Positions 20,414 through 30,370 of a stretch of 60,982 nucleotides of DNA are shown one piece after another; the stretch's first letter is position 1, and every line of letters starts with the position of its first letter. Where the stretch lies: positions 1 to 60,982 of the IMG/VR virus record IMGVR_UViG_3300027749_003742. One strand, given 5' to 3'. The translations under genes were made by a program, and so were the position numbers. Origin of the DNA: a virus (taxonomy: Duplodnaviria > Caudoviricetes). Under the pieces are notes generated by a model. The model did no database searches and was not told the DNA's origin. It saw only the letters and a list, made by a program, of their open reading frames with translations.

Positions 20414-21683
20414 TAAATTAGATAAAACATACACAGACCTACTCCAAGACATCTTAGATAATGGAGTGAAGAAGAATACTCGTAATGGTGAGGTTTTAAG
20501 TGTGTTCGGTAGAACTATGAGATATAAGTTCAAAGATGGTAAATTTCCACTCTTAACTACTAAAAAGATGGCTTGGAAATCAGTAGTAACTGAATTGTTA
20601 TGGTTTTTACGAGGAGATACTAACATTAAGTTTTTAGTTGATAATAATTGTCATATTTGGGTTGGAGATACTTATAAGAAGTATCGAAACACACCCAAAG
20701 AAAAAATGGAAGATGGTGATTTAGAATTTTTATCAGCATCACATGCTTATGAAGATTATTACTTTGAAGAAGATTTTATCGAAATGATAAAAACAGATGA
20801 AAGGTTTGCTAAAAAGTGGGGTGAATTAGGTCCAATTTATGGTAAGCAATGGAGAAATTGGTGTGGATACGAAAAAGTACCGTCAGGATGGTATCATGGT
20901 GCGATAACTCATTATAAAGAAGTCCCTAAGTGTGACCAAATCCAAAACCTAATCAACGACCTTAAAACAAACCCAGACTCAAGACGCCTATTAGTATCAA
21001 GCTGGAACGTTGGACAGTTGTCGGAAATGGTGCTTCCACCTTGTCATTATGGATTTCAAGTTTATACAAGAAAGTTGAGTGCTAAAGAGAAATGGGATTG
21101 GTATGGGAAAAATGGAGGTCCAATGGGAGAACAAAAACTTGTTGCACACATAGTGTATGAAAATGAAGAAGACAATAGTCATATACATTCATGGTTAAAA
21201 ACATGGGCACCAAATGTACCAACCAGAGCAATCTCTTTAATGTGGAATCAACGTTCGTGTGATTTTCCACTCGGGATTCCAATGAATATTGCGTCATATG
21301 GGTTATTATTAGAAATTATAGCCAAAATAGTTAATATGGTTCCTGACGAATTGATTGGTAATTTTGGTGATTGTCACATATACCTTAATCAAATTGAAGG
21401 TGTAAAAGAACAAATTGGTAGAGATTACACTCAAGAAGAGATTCAAGAACATTTACAACAAAGTGGAATGGATGCGTTAACTGAGGAAGCTAGAATGGAA
21501 TATGTTTCAAAATTACCTAAACGAACAAGAGAACCAATGGAATTACCAACATTAAAATTACCAAAAACAGATGCATTTTGGAATGGGTTTGATGTTAGTT
21601 TGTTTGGTCATTTAGACCCAACAGATTTCAAAATAGAAAATTATCAATCACACCCCAAGATTTTTTTCCCACTTTCTAATTAA
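20388..21683 (+). CDS. thyA: Thymidylate synthase with large insertions
   Basis: FPLLTTKK, ELLWFLRGDTN, LGPIYGKQWR, PDSRR, LPPCH, QRSCD, GDCHIYLN. Confidence 0.97.
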   Translation: MEKINVKNNKLDKTYTDLLQDILDNGVKKNTRNGEVLSVFGRTMRYKFKDGKFPLLTTKKMAWKSVVTELLWFLRGDTNIKFLVDNNCHIWVGDTYKKYRNTPKEKMEDGDLEFLSASHAYEDYYFEEDFIEMIKTDERFAKKWGELGPIYGKQWRNWCGYEKVPSGWYHGAITHYKEVPKCDQIQNLINDLKTNPDSRRLLVSSWNVGQLSEMVLPPCHYGFQVYTRKLSAKEKWDWYGKNGGPMGEQKLVAHIVYENEEDNSHIHSWLKTWAPNVPTRAISLMWNQRSCDFPLGIPMNIASYGLLLEIIAKIVNMVPDELIGNFGDCHIYLNQIEGVKEQIGRDYTQEEIQEHLQQSGMDALTEEARMEYVSKLPKRTREPMELPTLKLPKTDAFWNGFDVSLFGHLDPTDFKIENYQSHPKIFFPLSN

Positions 21684-21692
21684 TTTTTAAGG

Positions 21693-21875
21693 ATGAGAAA
21701 AGAGATAATGGTAGAACGAGAATTACCCGTTAAAAAACCTTTGGTGATTTATGAATCAAAAATAAATGAAGATGACAAGAATGTATTTAATTGTGTTGAA
21801 TGTAATGAAGTAATATTTATTAAGGAACACACATATAATAATGGTATGTGTCATAGATGCGTTAAGGATAAATAA
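21693..21875 (+). CDS. Small zinc-finger protein
   Basis: CVEC..CHRC. Confidence 0.55.
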   Translation: MRKEIMVERELPVKKPLVIYESKINEDDKNVFNCVECNEVIFIKEHTYNNGMCHRCVKDK

Positions 21876-21899
21876 TGGAAGATTTAACAAAAGATATAT

Positions 21900-22442
21900 A
21901 TGAAAAAATTAATTGAGGTTTTAAAAGAGGCAACAGGTCAGAAATTTGAGTATGGTTGTGTAATGTTATATTTTACATTTCCTGAGATGAATAAAATACA
22001 TGAAATGATTGACCCTGAGGACATTTATTATGAAGAAGGTGATAGAAGTTTCGGATTGGAGGATGAACCTCATACAACCCTTCTATTTGGATTACACGAA
22101 GGTGTCACAAGCGAAGATGTTAGTGGTGTTTTAGATAATTTTAAATTTGGTACCTGTCGAGTTAGTGACGCATCATTATTCCAAAATCCTCAACACGATA
22201 TTTTAAAATTTGATGTGTCAGGAACCAATCTACATAATGCTAATAGAGAACTTAAAAAATTTCCTTATACAAATAATTTTCCTGATTATCATCCACATCT
22301 AACTGTTGGATATTTAAAACCAGGTCGTGGTAAAAAATACGTTAAAAAACTTAATGGATTAACATTCCGATTAACTCCTGAATACGCGGTTTATTCTAAA
22401 CCAAACGGAGGCCAAGATAAGTTGGAGATAACGTCATCTTAA
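21900..22442 (+). CDS. 2H phosphoesterase, T4 gp57B/Acb1-like
   Basis: Two HxT motifs (EPHTTLLFG, YHPHLTVGY). Confidence 0.75.
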   Translation: MKKLIEVLKEATGQKFEYGCVMLYFTFPEMNKIHEMIDPEDIYYEEGDRSFGLEDEPHTTLLFGLHEGVTSEDVSGVLDNFKFGTCRVSDASLFQNPQHDILKFDVSGTNLHNANRELKKFPYTNNFPDYHPHLTVGYLKPGRGKKYVKKLNGLTFRLTPEYAVYSKPNGGQDKLEITSS

Positions 22443-22496
22443 ACAATTTTAAATATACAAAGAGTATTAATGACTCTCCATTATATTTATATTAAT

Positions 22497-22886
22497 ATGA
22501 AAGTTACCGTTATACACAGAAATTCAGGAGTTGAGGAGGAAGAATATAAGTTCTATGATAATTTCATTAAATTCCTACAAAAAGAATATCCTTTAAAAAA
22601 TGATATATCTGTTGTTTTTGTTGGTGATAGAATTGGTGAAATGACAACTGGGTCTAGAACTCATGATGGTGAATTACGAATTTTAACTAAGGGACGAATT
22701 AATAGAGATATCTTACGTACACTTGCCCACGAATGGACACATGAATATCAGATGGGTGTTTTAAATAGAAGACGAGGTCCCGATATCGGTGGTCAAAATG
22801 AGGATGAAGCCAACGCAATATCAGGACAAGTAATGAAGAAGTTTGAGAAAAAGTATCCGAAGATTGAAAAGAAAATGTATGATTAA
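22497..22886 (+). CDS. HExxH zincin-like protein
   Basis: DILRTLAHEWTHEYQ..EDEANA. Confidence 0.7.
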   Translation: MKVTVIHRNSGVEEEEYKFYDNFIKFLQKEYPLKNDISVVFVGDRIGEMTTGSRTHDGELRILTKGRINRDILRTLAHEWTHEYQMGVLNRRRGPDIGGQNEDEANAISGQVMKKFEKKYPKIEKKMYD

Positions 22887-23437
22887 TACTTAAGGTACCT
22901 CCAATTTTTTTGGTAGTCTTTATTTTTCTCACAAAAACGTGCGTAGTCGTTAATCATCGGTCGACCCGTATTATAACAACCACAAACTATTTCCCAATCC
23001 CCATATTTTTTATATAGTCTTTGTAATAATTTAACGCTCGTCTCAATGTTAAATCTAATGTCTGTCTTTAATTTTTTAACCGATACTTTTTTATGACAGA
23101 TATAATCTGCGGTCGAAGGCATAACTTGCATTGGACCTACCGCACCAACAGGGGACGTTCTTGAGGGATTGTAACTCCAATCAAACGGACCCTCGTATCG
23201 AGTTTCTAAAAATGCGATATTGTAGATAATATGTTTTGGAATCTCATATTCATCAGAATATTTCTCCAAATTCTCATACATCAATATTGATGACGGTTTG
23301 TTAATGTCACTACTATGACCAAAATCTATTCTCTCAAAAGACTTATATGTAAAATCTTGTTTTAATTCGTGAGAACATAGTAAAACTATGACGGTGACTG
23401 AAAATAAGACAACTAATAATGTTTTTTGAATATTCAT
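22883..23437 (-). CDS. SLT lytic transglycosylase, N-terminally membrane anchored
   Basis: ET catalytic motif, GAVGPMQVMPST, YN.G. Confidence 0.9.
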   Translation of the reverse strand: MNIQKTLLVVLFSVTVIVLLCSHELKQDFTYKSFERIDFGHSSDINKPSSILMYENLEKYSDEYEIPKHIIYNIAFLETRYEGPFDWSYNPSRTSPVGAVGPMQVMPSTADYICHKKVSVKKLKTDIRFNIETSVKLLQRLYKKYGDWEIVCGCYNTGRPMINDYARFCEKNKDYQKNWRYLKY

Positions 23438-23448
23438 AGATTTAGATT

Positions 23449-23781
23449 TTAAGGGTTAGTAACTTGAGTGTGTTGTCCCCACACATTTTTTGCGTACAAT
23501 GAGAAGATTGTATTACCTATCGAGTCTTCATAAATAGTGTAATCTCCTGACTTAATGTCAATGATGATTAAGTTGTTATTTTGGTCGATGGCTAAATTAA
23601 CATCACGTTGTTTAACTTTAATTACCTCTGTTTTTACCTCTTGCGGTTTGTTATTCATCTTATTGTAGTAATACCCAATAAAGAAGGATGCGATACAAGA
23701 TAGACCAATAATGGAATAAATTGTAATACTTTTTAACACTTTTTTAACGTTGTCAACAACGGTTTTTATTTTTTCGTTCAT
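23449..23781 (-). CDS. Single-pass membrane protein
   Basis: N-terminal TM helix. Confidence 0.6.
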   Translation of the reverse strand: MNEKIKTVVDNVKKVLKSITIYSIIGLSCIASFFIGYYYNKMNNKPQEVKTEVIKVKQRDVNLAIDQNNNLIIIDIKSGDYTIYEDSIGNTIFSLYAKNVWGQHTQVTNP

Positions 23782-23856
23782 AATTTTTATTTTAATTGTT
23801 TATATAAAGTTAGTTGAAACACTTTAATTAATCAAATTGAATCATATTTATTAGAT

Positions 23857-24342
23857 ATGGATAAGTTGACCAAAAAAGAAATGTTAATCGTCAAGTACAT
23901 TGTTGCACAAAATTCCCTTGTAAACTTACAAAAGGAATTAAAGGAGTATCGTGCGGTTGGTCATGGACCCGAATGTGTGACTGGTGTTCTCAGATATTTT
24001 TCTATACCTAAACGTGATGATGAGTATAGTATACAATACTTAAATTATTGTGTGGAAAATTACAGTAATATTAATAATGGGGATTATTCAAAACCCATTG
24101 AGAGAGCGATAAAATTTAGGGTTGAAGCCGACGCCATCGAAACTCAAACAGTATATAAAACTTATACGGTTCACTACGTAACAATACCATCGTTAAAAGA
24201 TGACATAGTTGAGCATATTACTGAAGACTTTTGGAATTATGAGCCTGAAAGTGATATTAGGGATTATGGTGATACCGATATTGAGAGACTAGAGTACAAT
24301 GACCCTGAAATTAGTGATGAAGACCCATTTGTCATAGAGTAA
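23857..24342 (+). CDS. Hypothetical protein
   Basis: TATTTAT upstream. Confidence 0.6.
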   Translation: MDKLTKKEMLIVKYIVAQNSLVNLQKELKEYRAVGHGPECVTGVLRYFSIPKRDDEYSIQYLNYCVENYSNINNGDYSKPIERAIKFRVEADAIETQTVYKTYTVHYVTIPSLKDDIVEHITEDFWNYEPESDIRDYGDTDIERLEYNDPEISDEDPFVIE

Positions 24343-24355
24343 GTTAGTATCTCAA

Positions 24356-24781
24356 TTAAGAGACACTAACAACTTCTAAATCAAAAATCAATTTCTTACC
24401 CGCTAATGGATGATTGGCGTCAATTTTAACCAATTCGTCACCAACTTCAAGTATTTTGATGATTACAGGACCTTGAGGACTCATTCCTTGTAATGTTTCT
24501 CCGACTTGAACTCCTTCAGGAACTTGAGTTTTTGGGATTTCGGTAATCAATTCCTCTCGGTATTGACCATAAGCATCCACAGACTCGATTTCAACTGTTT
24601 TCTTTTCACCTTCAGACATTTCAAGTAAACCCATTTCAAAACCTTTGATTAGTTTACCTTCACCTAAAACTGCGGTTAATGGTTCACGACCCTCAACTAA
24701 GGAAGAGTCGAACACAGACCCATCTTCTAATCTACCTGTGTAATTAACTGTTACGGTGTTACCGTTCTCAATTTTTTTCAT
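24356..24781 (-). CDS. FKBP-type peptidyl-prolyl isomerase (SlyD/FkpB-like)
   Basis: VTVNYTGRLEDGSVFDSS, LIKGFE, DAYG, DANHPLAGKKLIFDLEV. Confidence 0.95.
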   Translation of the reverse strand: MKKIENGNTVTVNYTGRLEDGSVFDSSLVEGREPLTAVLGEGKLIKGFEMGLLEMSEGEKKTVEIESVDAYGQYREELITEIPKTQVPEGVQVGETLQGMSPQGPVIIKILEVGDELVKIDANHPLAGKKLIFDLEVVSVS

Positions 24782-24832
24782 TTTTGTATAATTTTAGATA
24801 AACATAAGAACAAACAAAACAATAATCAAATA

Positions 24833-25117
24833 TTATTTTTGTATTTCTCTTAAATCGTATGAAGTTATTAGTGTAACTGTATTTTTTTCTAACCCAGTAT
24901 ATTTTAAAGACTCCTCAACTAAAAATTGTAATCCCCCAACATTACTTTCCTCAAATAGAACAATGTCAGTTAATTTCAACGTACAATCAACAGTATAGTT
25001 TTTTGTTGTGGTACAATACTTGAAATCATTAACCTCAACTAAAGTTCCCTTACCGTAAAGTAGTTCTAAATCTTTCTGAAAGACAATATTTAGTAGGACT
25101 GTTAAACAATTTCTCAT
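24833..25117 (-). CDS. Hypothetical protein
   Basis: ORF. Confidence 0.55.
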   Translation of the reverse strand: MRNCLTVLLNIVFQKDLELLYGKGTLVEVNDFKYCTTTKNYTVDCTLKLTDIVLFEESNVGGLQFLVEESLKYTGLEKNTVTLITSYDLREIQK

Positions 25118-25141
25118 ATCTTTATAAGTATAGATGTATTT

Positions 25142-25450
25142 ATGAGTATGGGAAGATTAATTATAACCGAACAAGAGAAAAAAGATATTCTTGATAAGTA
25201 TCGAGATGACACTGACCCAAAAATTTTAACGTACCTTAGAAGACACTGTCCTGTATCAGAAATTAGTCACGAATTCTTTAAAGGTATGCACTATGTTTTA
25301 ATTGATGATAAAACACATATTGTTGAAAGAAACAAAAAATACTTAGTTGGTAAGATATACAACTTTATATCAGACGACTTTCCCGACTACGATGAAAAAA
25401 TTGTAAGACGTACTATAAAAAAATTCTTGGATTTAATCGTAACCAATTGA
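25142..25450 (+). CDS. Hypothetical protein with LIITEQEK leader
   Basis: TATTTAT upstream; leader motif. Confidence 0.6.
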   Translation: MSMGRLIITEQEKKDILDKYRDDTDPKILTYLRRHCPVSEISHEFFKGMHYVLIDDKTHIVERNKKYLVGKIYNFISDDFPDYDEKIVRRTIKKFLDLIVTN

Positions 25451-25494
25451 TGTGTTAGGATTTTTAACCTATCATTAATTAAAATCTCAAAATT

Positions 25495-25713
25495 ATGTTT
25501 TTAAATATTATCTTAACTTTATTAGTCATAGTACTATTAACTATCACAATTATGTTGTATATTTGGTGGAAGAAATTCGGTAAAAAACTGTTTGACTCTA
25601 TGTCAAACATGAAGAACCTCATCCCAAAAGACGGAGGGCAATTACCAAATAACTTGGACATTAACCAATTATTTTCAAGTCTTACTAAGATTAATCAACA
25701 ATTTAAAAAATAA
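25495..25713 (+). CDS. Small membrane protein
   Basis: N-terminal TM followed by WWKK. Confidence 0.6.
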   Translation: MFLNIILTLLVIVLLTITIMLYIWWKKFGKKLFDSMSNMKNLIPKDGGQLPNNLDINQLFSSLTKINQQFKK

Positions 25714-25716
25714 ACT

Positions 25717-25944
25717 ATGGAATTTATTAATATTCAAAACGACTACACTTGGGTTGTAAAAGTGTTAGAATCTTGTTTAACCGAATCTCAAATCGACGCT
25801 TCCGAAAAAATATTTAAACAGTTCCTTGGGAAGTGGGGTAATGAATTACCCGATGAAAGACGAGAAAAATTAGTCTACAATTTTGATAAATTAGTTAAAT
25901 CAAAAACGGTTGAGGTGAGAAAAAATCATTTACCAAACGTATAG
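25717..25944 (+). CDS. Hypothetical protein
   Basis: ORF. Confidence 0.6.
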   Translation: MEFINIQNDYTWVVKVLESCLTESQIDASEKIFKQFLGKWGNELPDERREKLVYNFDKLVKSKTVEVRKNHLPNV

Positions 25945-26091
25945 TATAAGTGATTTTTTCAAATTCCCTATATTTATTGAACACTATCACTCTCATCTGA
26001 GAGCCTCTATATATCAACAAAAAGGTCTGTTATTTTTTACAGACCCTTTTTTATTGGAAAAAAATGATTACCTTTGTAAAAAATTAAAATT

Positions 26092-26727
26092 ATGAAAGTA
26101 GGATTTGCGGATACATTTTGGGATAGTCTTAAAACTATTGGTCGATATAATACATGGTGGTACAAGACATACGATTTTTTCAGAAGAGATATATGGAGGT
26201 TTATTAAAAACGTTTGGCGTTTTAGAAAACCATTATCTAATCATTATTGGTGGGACCACCAATCAATGTTACAGTTTGTGGAAACTTCATTGGTACATAT
26301 GTCAGACAATTTAGAAAAATTCGGAAATGAGGTTGACGGACCGAGAATGAAAAAAGTTATGGCAATGCGTAGAGCGATTGAGTTGATTAAAAACTACAAC
26401 GAAAATAACTACATTGAGATGGCCGAAAAAGAATTTGGAGAAGTTGTTCACCATCCTTGGGAATTTGAGGACGTTGAGGACAAACCAGGGTACAGTCGTT
26501 TAGTTGATAAAGATACTCCTGAGGAAAAAGAACATAATCGTAAAGTATACGATAGGTCTCACGAAATCGAAGAGCAAGAATGGCACGAACTTTTTAATTT
26601 ACTAAAAGGTCAAGACCACAAAGAATATCGTAAACTACATGATACTCAAAGTGTTTTGGAAGAAAAGAATGACAATCTTTTGGATGATTGGTTTGACGGT
26701 TCAGGAATAAAAGGTTGGTGGGATTAA
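26092..26727 (+). CDS. Hypothetical protein
   Basis: ORF behind TACCTTTG; ends GWWD. Confidence 0.7.
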   Translation: MKVGFADTFWDSLKTIGRYNTWWYKTYDFFRRDIWRFIKNVWRFRKPLSNHYWWDHQSMLQFVETSLVHMSDNLEKFGNEVDGPRMKKVMAMRRAIELIKNYNENNYIEMAEKEFGEVVHHPWEFEDVEDKPGYSRLVDKDTPEEKEHNRKVYDRSHEIEEQEWHELFNLLKGQDHKEYRKLHDTQSVLEEKNDNLLDDWFDGSGIKGWWD

Positions 26728-26868
26728 TAAAAATTTTGTTAATCGAAAAAAAAACACTATCTTTGTAAGATGAAAATTATAAGAAAAAATATTGACACAT
26801 TAGCGGTAATCGCATGGTTCGCACTATTATTAACAATCGTATATTTTGTACGATAAAAATAAACCACA

Positions 26869-27567
26869 ATGGGAAAATTAAAAATAACATTTATATCTGA
26901 TACCCACACTAAACACAATCAAATCACAAAAGATTTGCCTGGTGGGGATATATTGATTCATGCTGGCGACATATCAAGTATGGGTTATAAACACGAAATC
27001 GAAAATTTCTGTAAATGGTTTGACGGTTTGGATAACTATGACACTAAAGTGTTCATTGCGGGTAACCACGATTGGGGATTCCAAAACCACCCTGAACAAA
27101 CTATGCAAATAATTAACTCATACAAATGGTTTAATTACTTACAGGATGAGTTATTCATGGTGGGAGAAAACTATGATGACATGATTAAAATTTACGGTAG
27201 TCCTTGGCAACCTGAATTCCATAATTGGGCATTTAATTTACCAAGAATGGGTGACCAACTTAAGGCGAAATGGGATTTAATTCCAATGAATACCGACATC
27301 CTAATCACTCATGGACCTGCTTGGGGATATGTTGATAAAGTAGTTGGCCAAACCAAAAATTTGGGTTGTGAATTACTTGCCGACAGAATTAAAGTTGTAA
27401 AACCTAAAATTCATGTTTGTGGGCATATTCACTCAGGACATGGATACGTGTTTGATGGTGATACTCACTACATTAACGCGTCTGTTCTTGATGAAAGTTA
27501 TTATTATAATAACGAACCATTATCTGTTGAATGGGACCCAAAAACTAATGAATTGGTTTTCCTATAA
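26869..27567 (+). CDS. Calcineurin-like metallophosphoesterase (MPPED-like)
   Basis: ISDTH, HAGD, AGNHD, LITHGP, CGHIH. Confidence 0.93.
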   Translation: MGKLKITFISDTHTKHNQITKDLPGGDILIHAGDISSMGYKHEIENFCKWFDGLDNYDTKVFIAGNHDWGFQNHPEQTMQIINSYKWFNYLQDELFMVGENYDDMIKIYGSPWQPEFHNWAFNLPRMGDQLKAKWDLIPMNTDILITHGPAWGYVDKVVGQTKNLGCELLADRIKVVKPKIHVCGHIHSGHGYVFDGDTHYINASVLDESYYYNNEPLSVEWDPKTNELVFL

Positions 27568-27570
27568 ATT

Positions 27571-27597
27571 AAAAACCCCCTTAGTAGGGGGTTTTTT
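27571..27597. terminator. Bidirectional terminator
   Basis: AAAAACCCCC..GGGGGTTTTTT. Confidence 0.85.
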
Positions 27598-27599
27598 AT

Positions 27600-28418
27600 T
27601 TAAGATAATAACGAATAATATTCGTTAAAGTGGTTTACACGGTCCTGTAATCCCAAAATTCCGCCATTTACTCGTTTTGTTACTGCGGTAACTGTTTCCA
27701 CATCAGCACCTTTATCACATATTGACCAAAGTTTGTTTGACTCAAAGAAAAATGCCGCAGATGCTAATTGATATTTTGTTGCCACTAAATCAGGGTTAGA
27801 TATTAAATCAATACCTAAAAAATCACCTAATTTTTTATAATTTTCTTTTCCAGTTAATTGGATAAATCCTCTGCCTCTGAATTTGAACCCTTCTTTAGTT
27901 GATTCATCACCATTACCCATTCTTCCACCATAAACTCTCGAAGCAATTTTTTCAGGTTGTTTCGCATAAGACTCCGAAAGATTTCCTGGAAAGTATTTTC
28001 CAAAAATTTTCTTCAATCCGTCTGAAGAATAATTTAAGTTTTCACTAACCGCTTTAAATCCTCCTGATTCATGTCCACACTGTGCCAAGAAATGAGCCAA
28101 TCTTAAATTGTTTGTTATGTTAAATTTAATTGCGGTCTCAGGAATTTGAGAGATTACTGAATCAGGAATATGACCCTTTAATTTTTCAAGATTTAACGGA
28201 CCTCCTGACGGAATGATTACGTCTTCTTTAATAACTGAAGTAATTCCCATTTTCTCTAAAGTTGAGGGTCCTACGACACCATCGGGAGTTAAACCGTTTT
28301 TGGTTTGCCATTCTTTAACCGATTTTTCTGTACCAGGACCAAAATTACCATCGGCGGTAATTCCTAATTTTTGTTGGATTTGTTTAACAACATCTCCCTT
28401 TGAACCAATTTTATACAT
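27600..28418 (-). CDS. Endolysin: PG-binding domain plus GH19 catalytic domain
   Basis: ADGNFGPGT/PDGVVGP; FLAQCGHESGGF; FRGRGFIQLTGKENY; TKRVNGG. Confidence 0.92.
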   Translation of the reverse strand: MYKIGSKGDVVKQIQQKLGITADGNFGPGTEKSVKEWQTKNGLTPDGVVGPSTLEKMGITSVIKEDVIIPSGGPLNLEKLKGHIPDSVISQIPETAIKFNITNNLRLAHFLAQCGHESGGFKAVSENLNYSSDGLKKIFGKYFPGNLSESYAKQPEKIASRVYGGRMGNGDESTKEGFKFRGRGFIQLTGKENYKKLGDFLGIDLISNPDLVATKYQLASAAFFFESNKLWSICDKGADVETVTAVTKRVNGGILGLQDRVNHFNEYYSLLS

Positions 28419-28478
28419 AATTACTTTTTTAGATAAATATGTAAAAAAATTAGATTTTTAGATAAATATGTAAAAAAA

Positions 28479-28898
28479 TTAGATTTTCTTGACGGAAATA
28501 ACTTCGACTCCTCGTCCTTTATTTTTTAAAGTAATCTCTTGTTCGTTTGGATATAAAATTCTGTTTGCGATTGTTTCATTAACATCTACCAAACTTTTAG
28601 GGGATACTACCGTAACGATATAATGTTCTTCACCTGAACCTGTGACGTAAGTATGTGATTTAAGTAAGTCTTTTCTATTTGTTGAATAGTGACACCCAAG
28701 TTCTTTTGTATTAATTTTATCCTCACCATCAACCGCTAAAATTCTATATAATTTAATTTTTTCGGGTAAGTTTTTAACATAATTGGTGATTTCGTCTAAT
28801 TCATCTTCGGCATCTTCCTTAGAGAACCCCATATCTTTAAGGAGTCTCATCATTCGACTTTTACTTGATTCTTCTTTAAGTAACTCAATTAATTTCAT
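28479..28898 (-). CDS. Putative ADP-ribosyltransferase-fold protein (R-S-E type)
   Basis: LYR, HYST and EQEI motifs in order; MKLIELLKEE leader; TATTTAT upstream. Confidence 0.55.
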   Translation of the reverse strand: MKLIELLKEESSKSRMMRLLKDMGFSKEDAEDELDEITNYVKNLPEKIKLYRILAVDGEDKINTKELGCHYSTNRKDLLKSHTYVTGSGEEHYIVTVVSPKSLVDVNETIANRILYPNEQEITLKNKGRGVEVISVKKI

Positions 28899-28920
28899 AT
28901 CAATAAATATAAAGATAGAG

Positions 28921-29106
28921 TTATTTGTCCTTACCTTTTCGTTTACTTGGAACTGTTTTTTCGTTTTTATATTTGATTTCGACCTCATAAGGATTTATCA
29001 AACTTATTTTACTATCGTATTTCCATATAGAAATACTGTCTTCGTCCTCGTAAACCTTTTCCCACTTTCTGCGTTCGACTTCTTTTAGATTTGTTTTTTT
29101 AGACAT
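28921..29106 (-). CDS. Small hypothetical protein
   Basis: TATCTTTG-N4-ATG. Confidence 0.6.
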   Translation of the reverse strand: MSKKTNLKEVERRKWEKVYEDEDSISIWKYDSKISLINPYEVEIKYKNEKTVPSKRKGKDK

Positions 29107-29200
29107 AATACAAAGATACTAAATTTTTCAATAAGTACCAAACTTATTGAAATTATGATTGACAATGTCATTAATTTAAATAAACATTATATTTATAGAT

Positions 29201-30238
29201 ATGAAGATTATTGTTAACGAATCCCAATATACAACCCTTATTAATGAAGACATGGGAGTTTCCCGAGCTTCTGTGGATTACGCTAATTTAATTTACGAAA
29301 AATCACGACCTATCGTAATTGACTTTACAAGACATAAAAGACCTGGTAAACAAAAGTTAGTGATTGGTCTTAAAGATATATCAAGAATATGGAAACAAGA
29401 CCTTGAGAGTTACCTTGAATTTCCTATTGAAGAAATTAGAATCGATTTAAATCTGTATGTTCAAAATAAAAGTCAGATGGCCAATGAATTTTATACAGGA
29501 GGGGGAGCAGAACAGATAGATTCTACAGTTGGGATACGTTCTTTTACAAAGAGACCAAGTAAAGATTTACCAAAATATATTTTGTCAGAACTTGATGACA
29601 CATTAAACGCAAAATTTGATTTGGATGTTTATATTAGAAAAGATTTTAAGGAAGATTCTATTGATGGGTTAATGCACGATTTGATGGATAGTATTTCACA
29701 CGAATGTAACCATATGTTAGAATTTTATAAAAGGTATTTAAGTGGATTAGGAAATGTTGACACCTCGTTAACTTATTCGGGCAATAAAAACTACAACATA
29801 CCAAGAGATATATATGAAGTTTGGCAAGAATTTACCCAAATGATATATTTTTCTGAACCTTATGAAATGAGAGCGATGGTACAAGAAATGTACGGTGTTA
29901 GGTTAAGAATGCCATTTGAAGAATTTAGAAAACACCGATATTATATGGCCGCGGAAGTTATGGAAAAATTTAATGCCGATGTTATGTTTGATGTTCTAAT
30001 TGAAAGAATTGAGAAACAAAATCCTGAGAGTATTGTCGCCATCATGAAAAATCTGTATAACTGGTTTATATCCGATTACTACGCACAGTTAAAATATCAG
30101 AAATTACAACCAAATAAGAGGATTGAAAAGTCCAAACACCTTTTGGACCTGATGAAAGTATCCCAACCAAGAATCAACAACGCAGGTAAAAAACTAAAAA
30201 GAAAATTCAACAAACTATATTCGTTATCACCTGAATAA
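29201..30238 (+). CDS. HExxH metallopeptidase-like putative virion protein
   Basis: MKIIVNESQY..LINE leader; ISHECNH..YEMRA. Confidence 0.6.
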   Translation: MKIIVNESQYTTLINEDMGVSRASVDYANLIYEKSRPIVIDFTRHKRPGKQKLVIGLKDISRIWKQDLESYLEFPIEEIRIDLNLYVQNKSQMANEFYTGGGAEQIDSTVGIRSFTKRPSKDLPKYILSELDDTLNAKFDLDVYIRKDFKEDSIDGLMHDLMDSISHECNHMLEFYKRYLSGLGNVDTSLTYSGNKNYNIPRDIYEVWQEFTQMIYFSEPYEMRAMVQEMYGVRLRMPFEEFRKHRYYMAAEVMEKFNADVMFDVLIERIEKQNPESIVAIMKNLYNWFISDYYAQLKYQKLQPNKRIEKSKHLLDLMKVSQPRINNAGKKLKRKFNKLYSLSPE

Positions 30239-30268
30239 CCTATTTTGTCAGTCCAGCTAAAATAATTA

Positions 30269-30309
30269 TGACATTTTGTCAGTTATTTTCATTTGGCACG
30301 TAATTTAAT
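30269..30309 (+). promoter_or_regulatory. Palindromic operator plus sigma54-like -24 box upstream of dnaK
   Basis: TGACA-TTT-TGTCA (30269-30281); TGGCACG (30294-30300); -12 box imperfect. Confidence 0.5.
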
Positions 30310-30370
30310 ATAATGGTGTGGACTTGATTCCATAATAAAATTAAATTATAATTATAAAAAATCAAAATAT

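Noticed and set aside
20700-21540. Intein in ThyA
   Set aside because: Extra length is spread over several short insertions; no C/S..HN splice motifs
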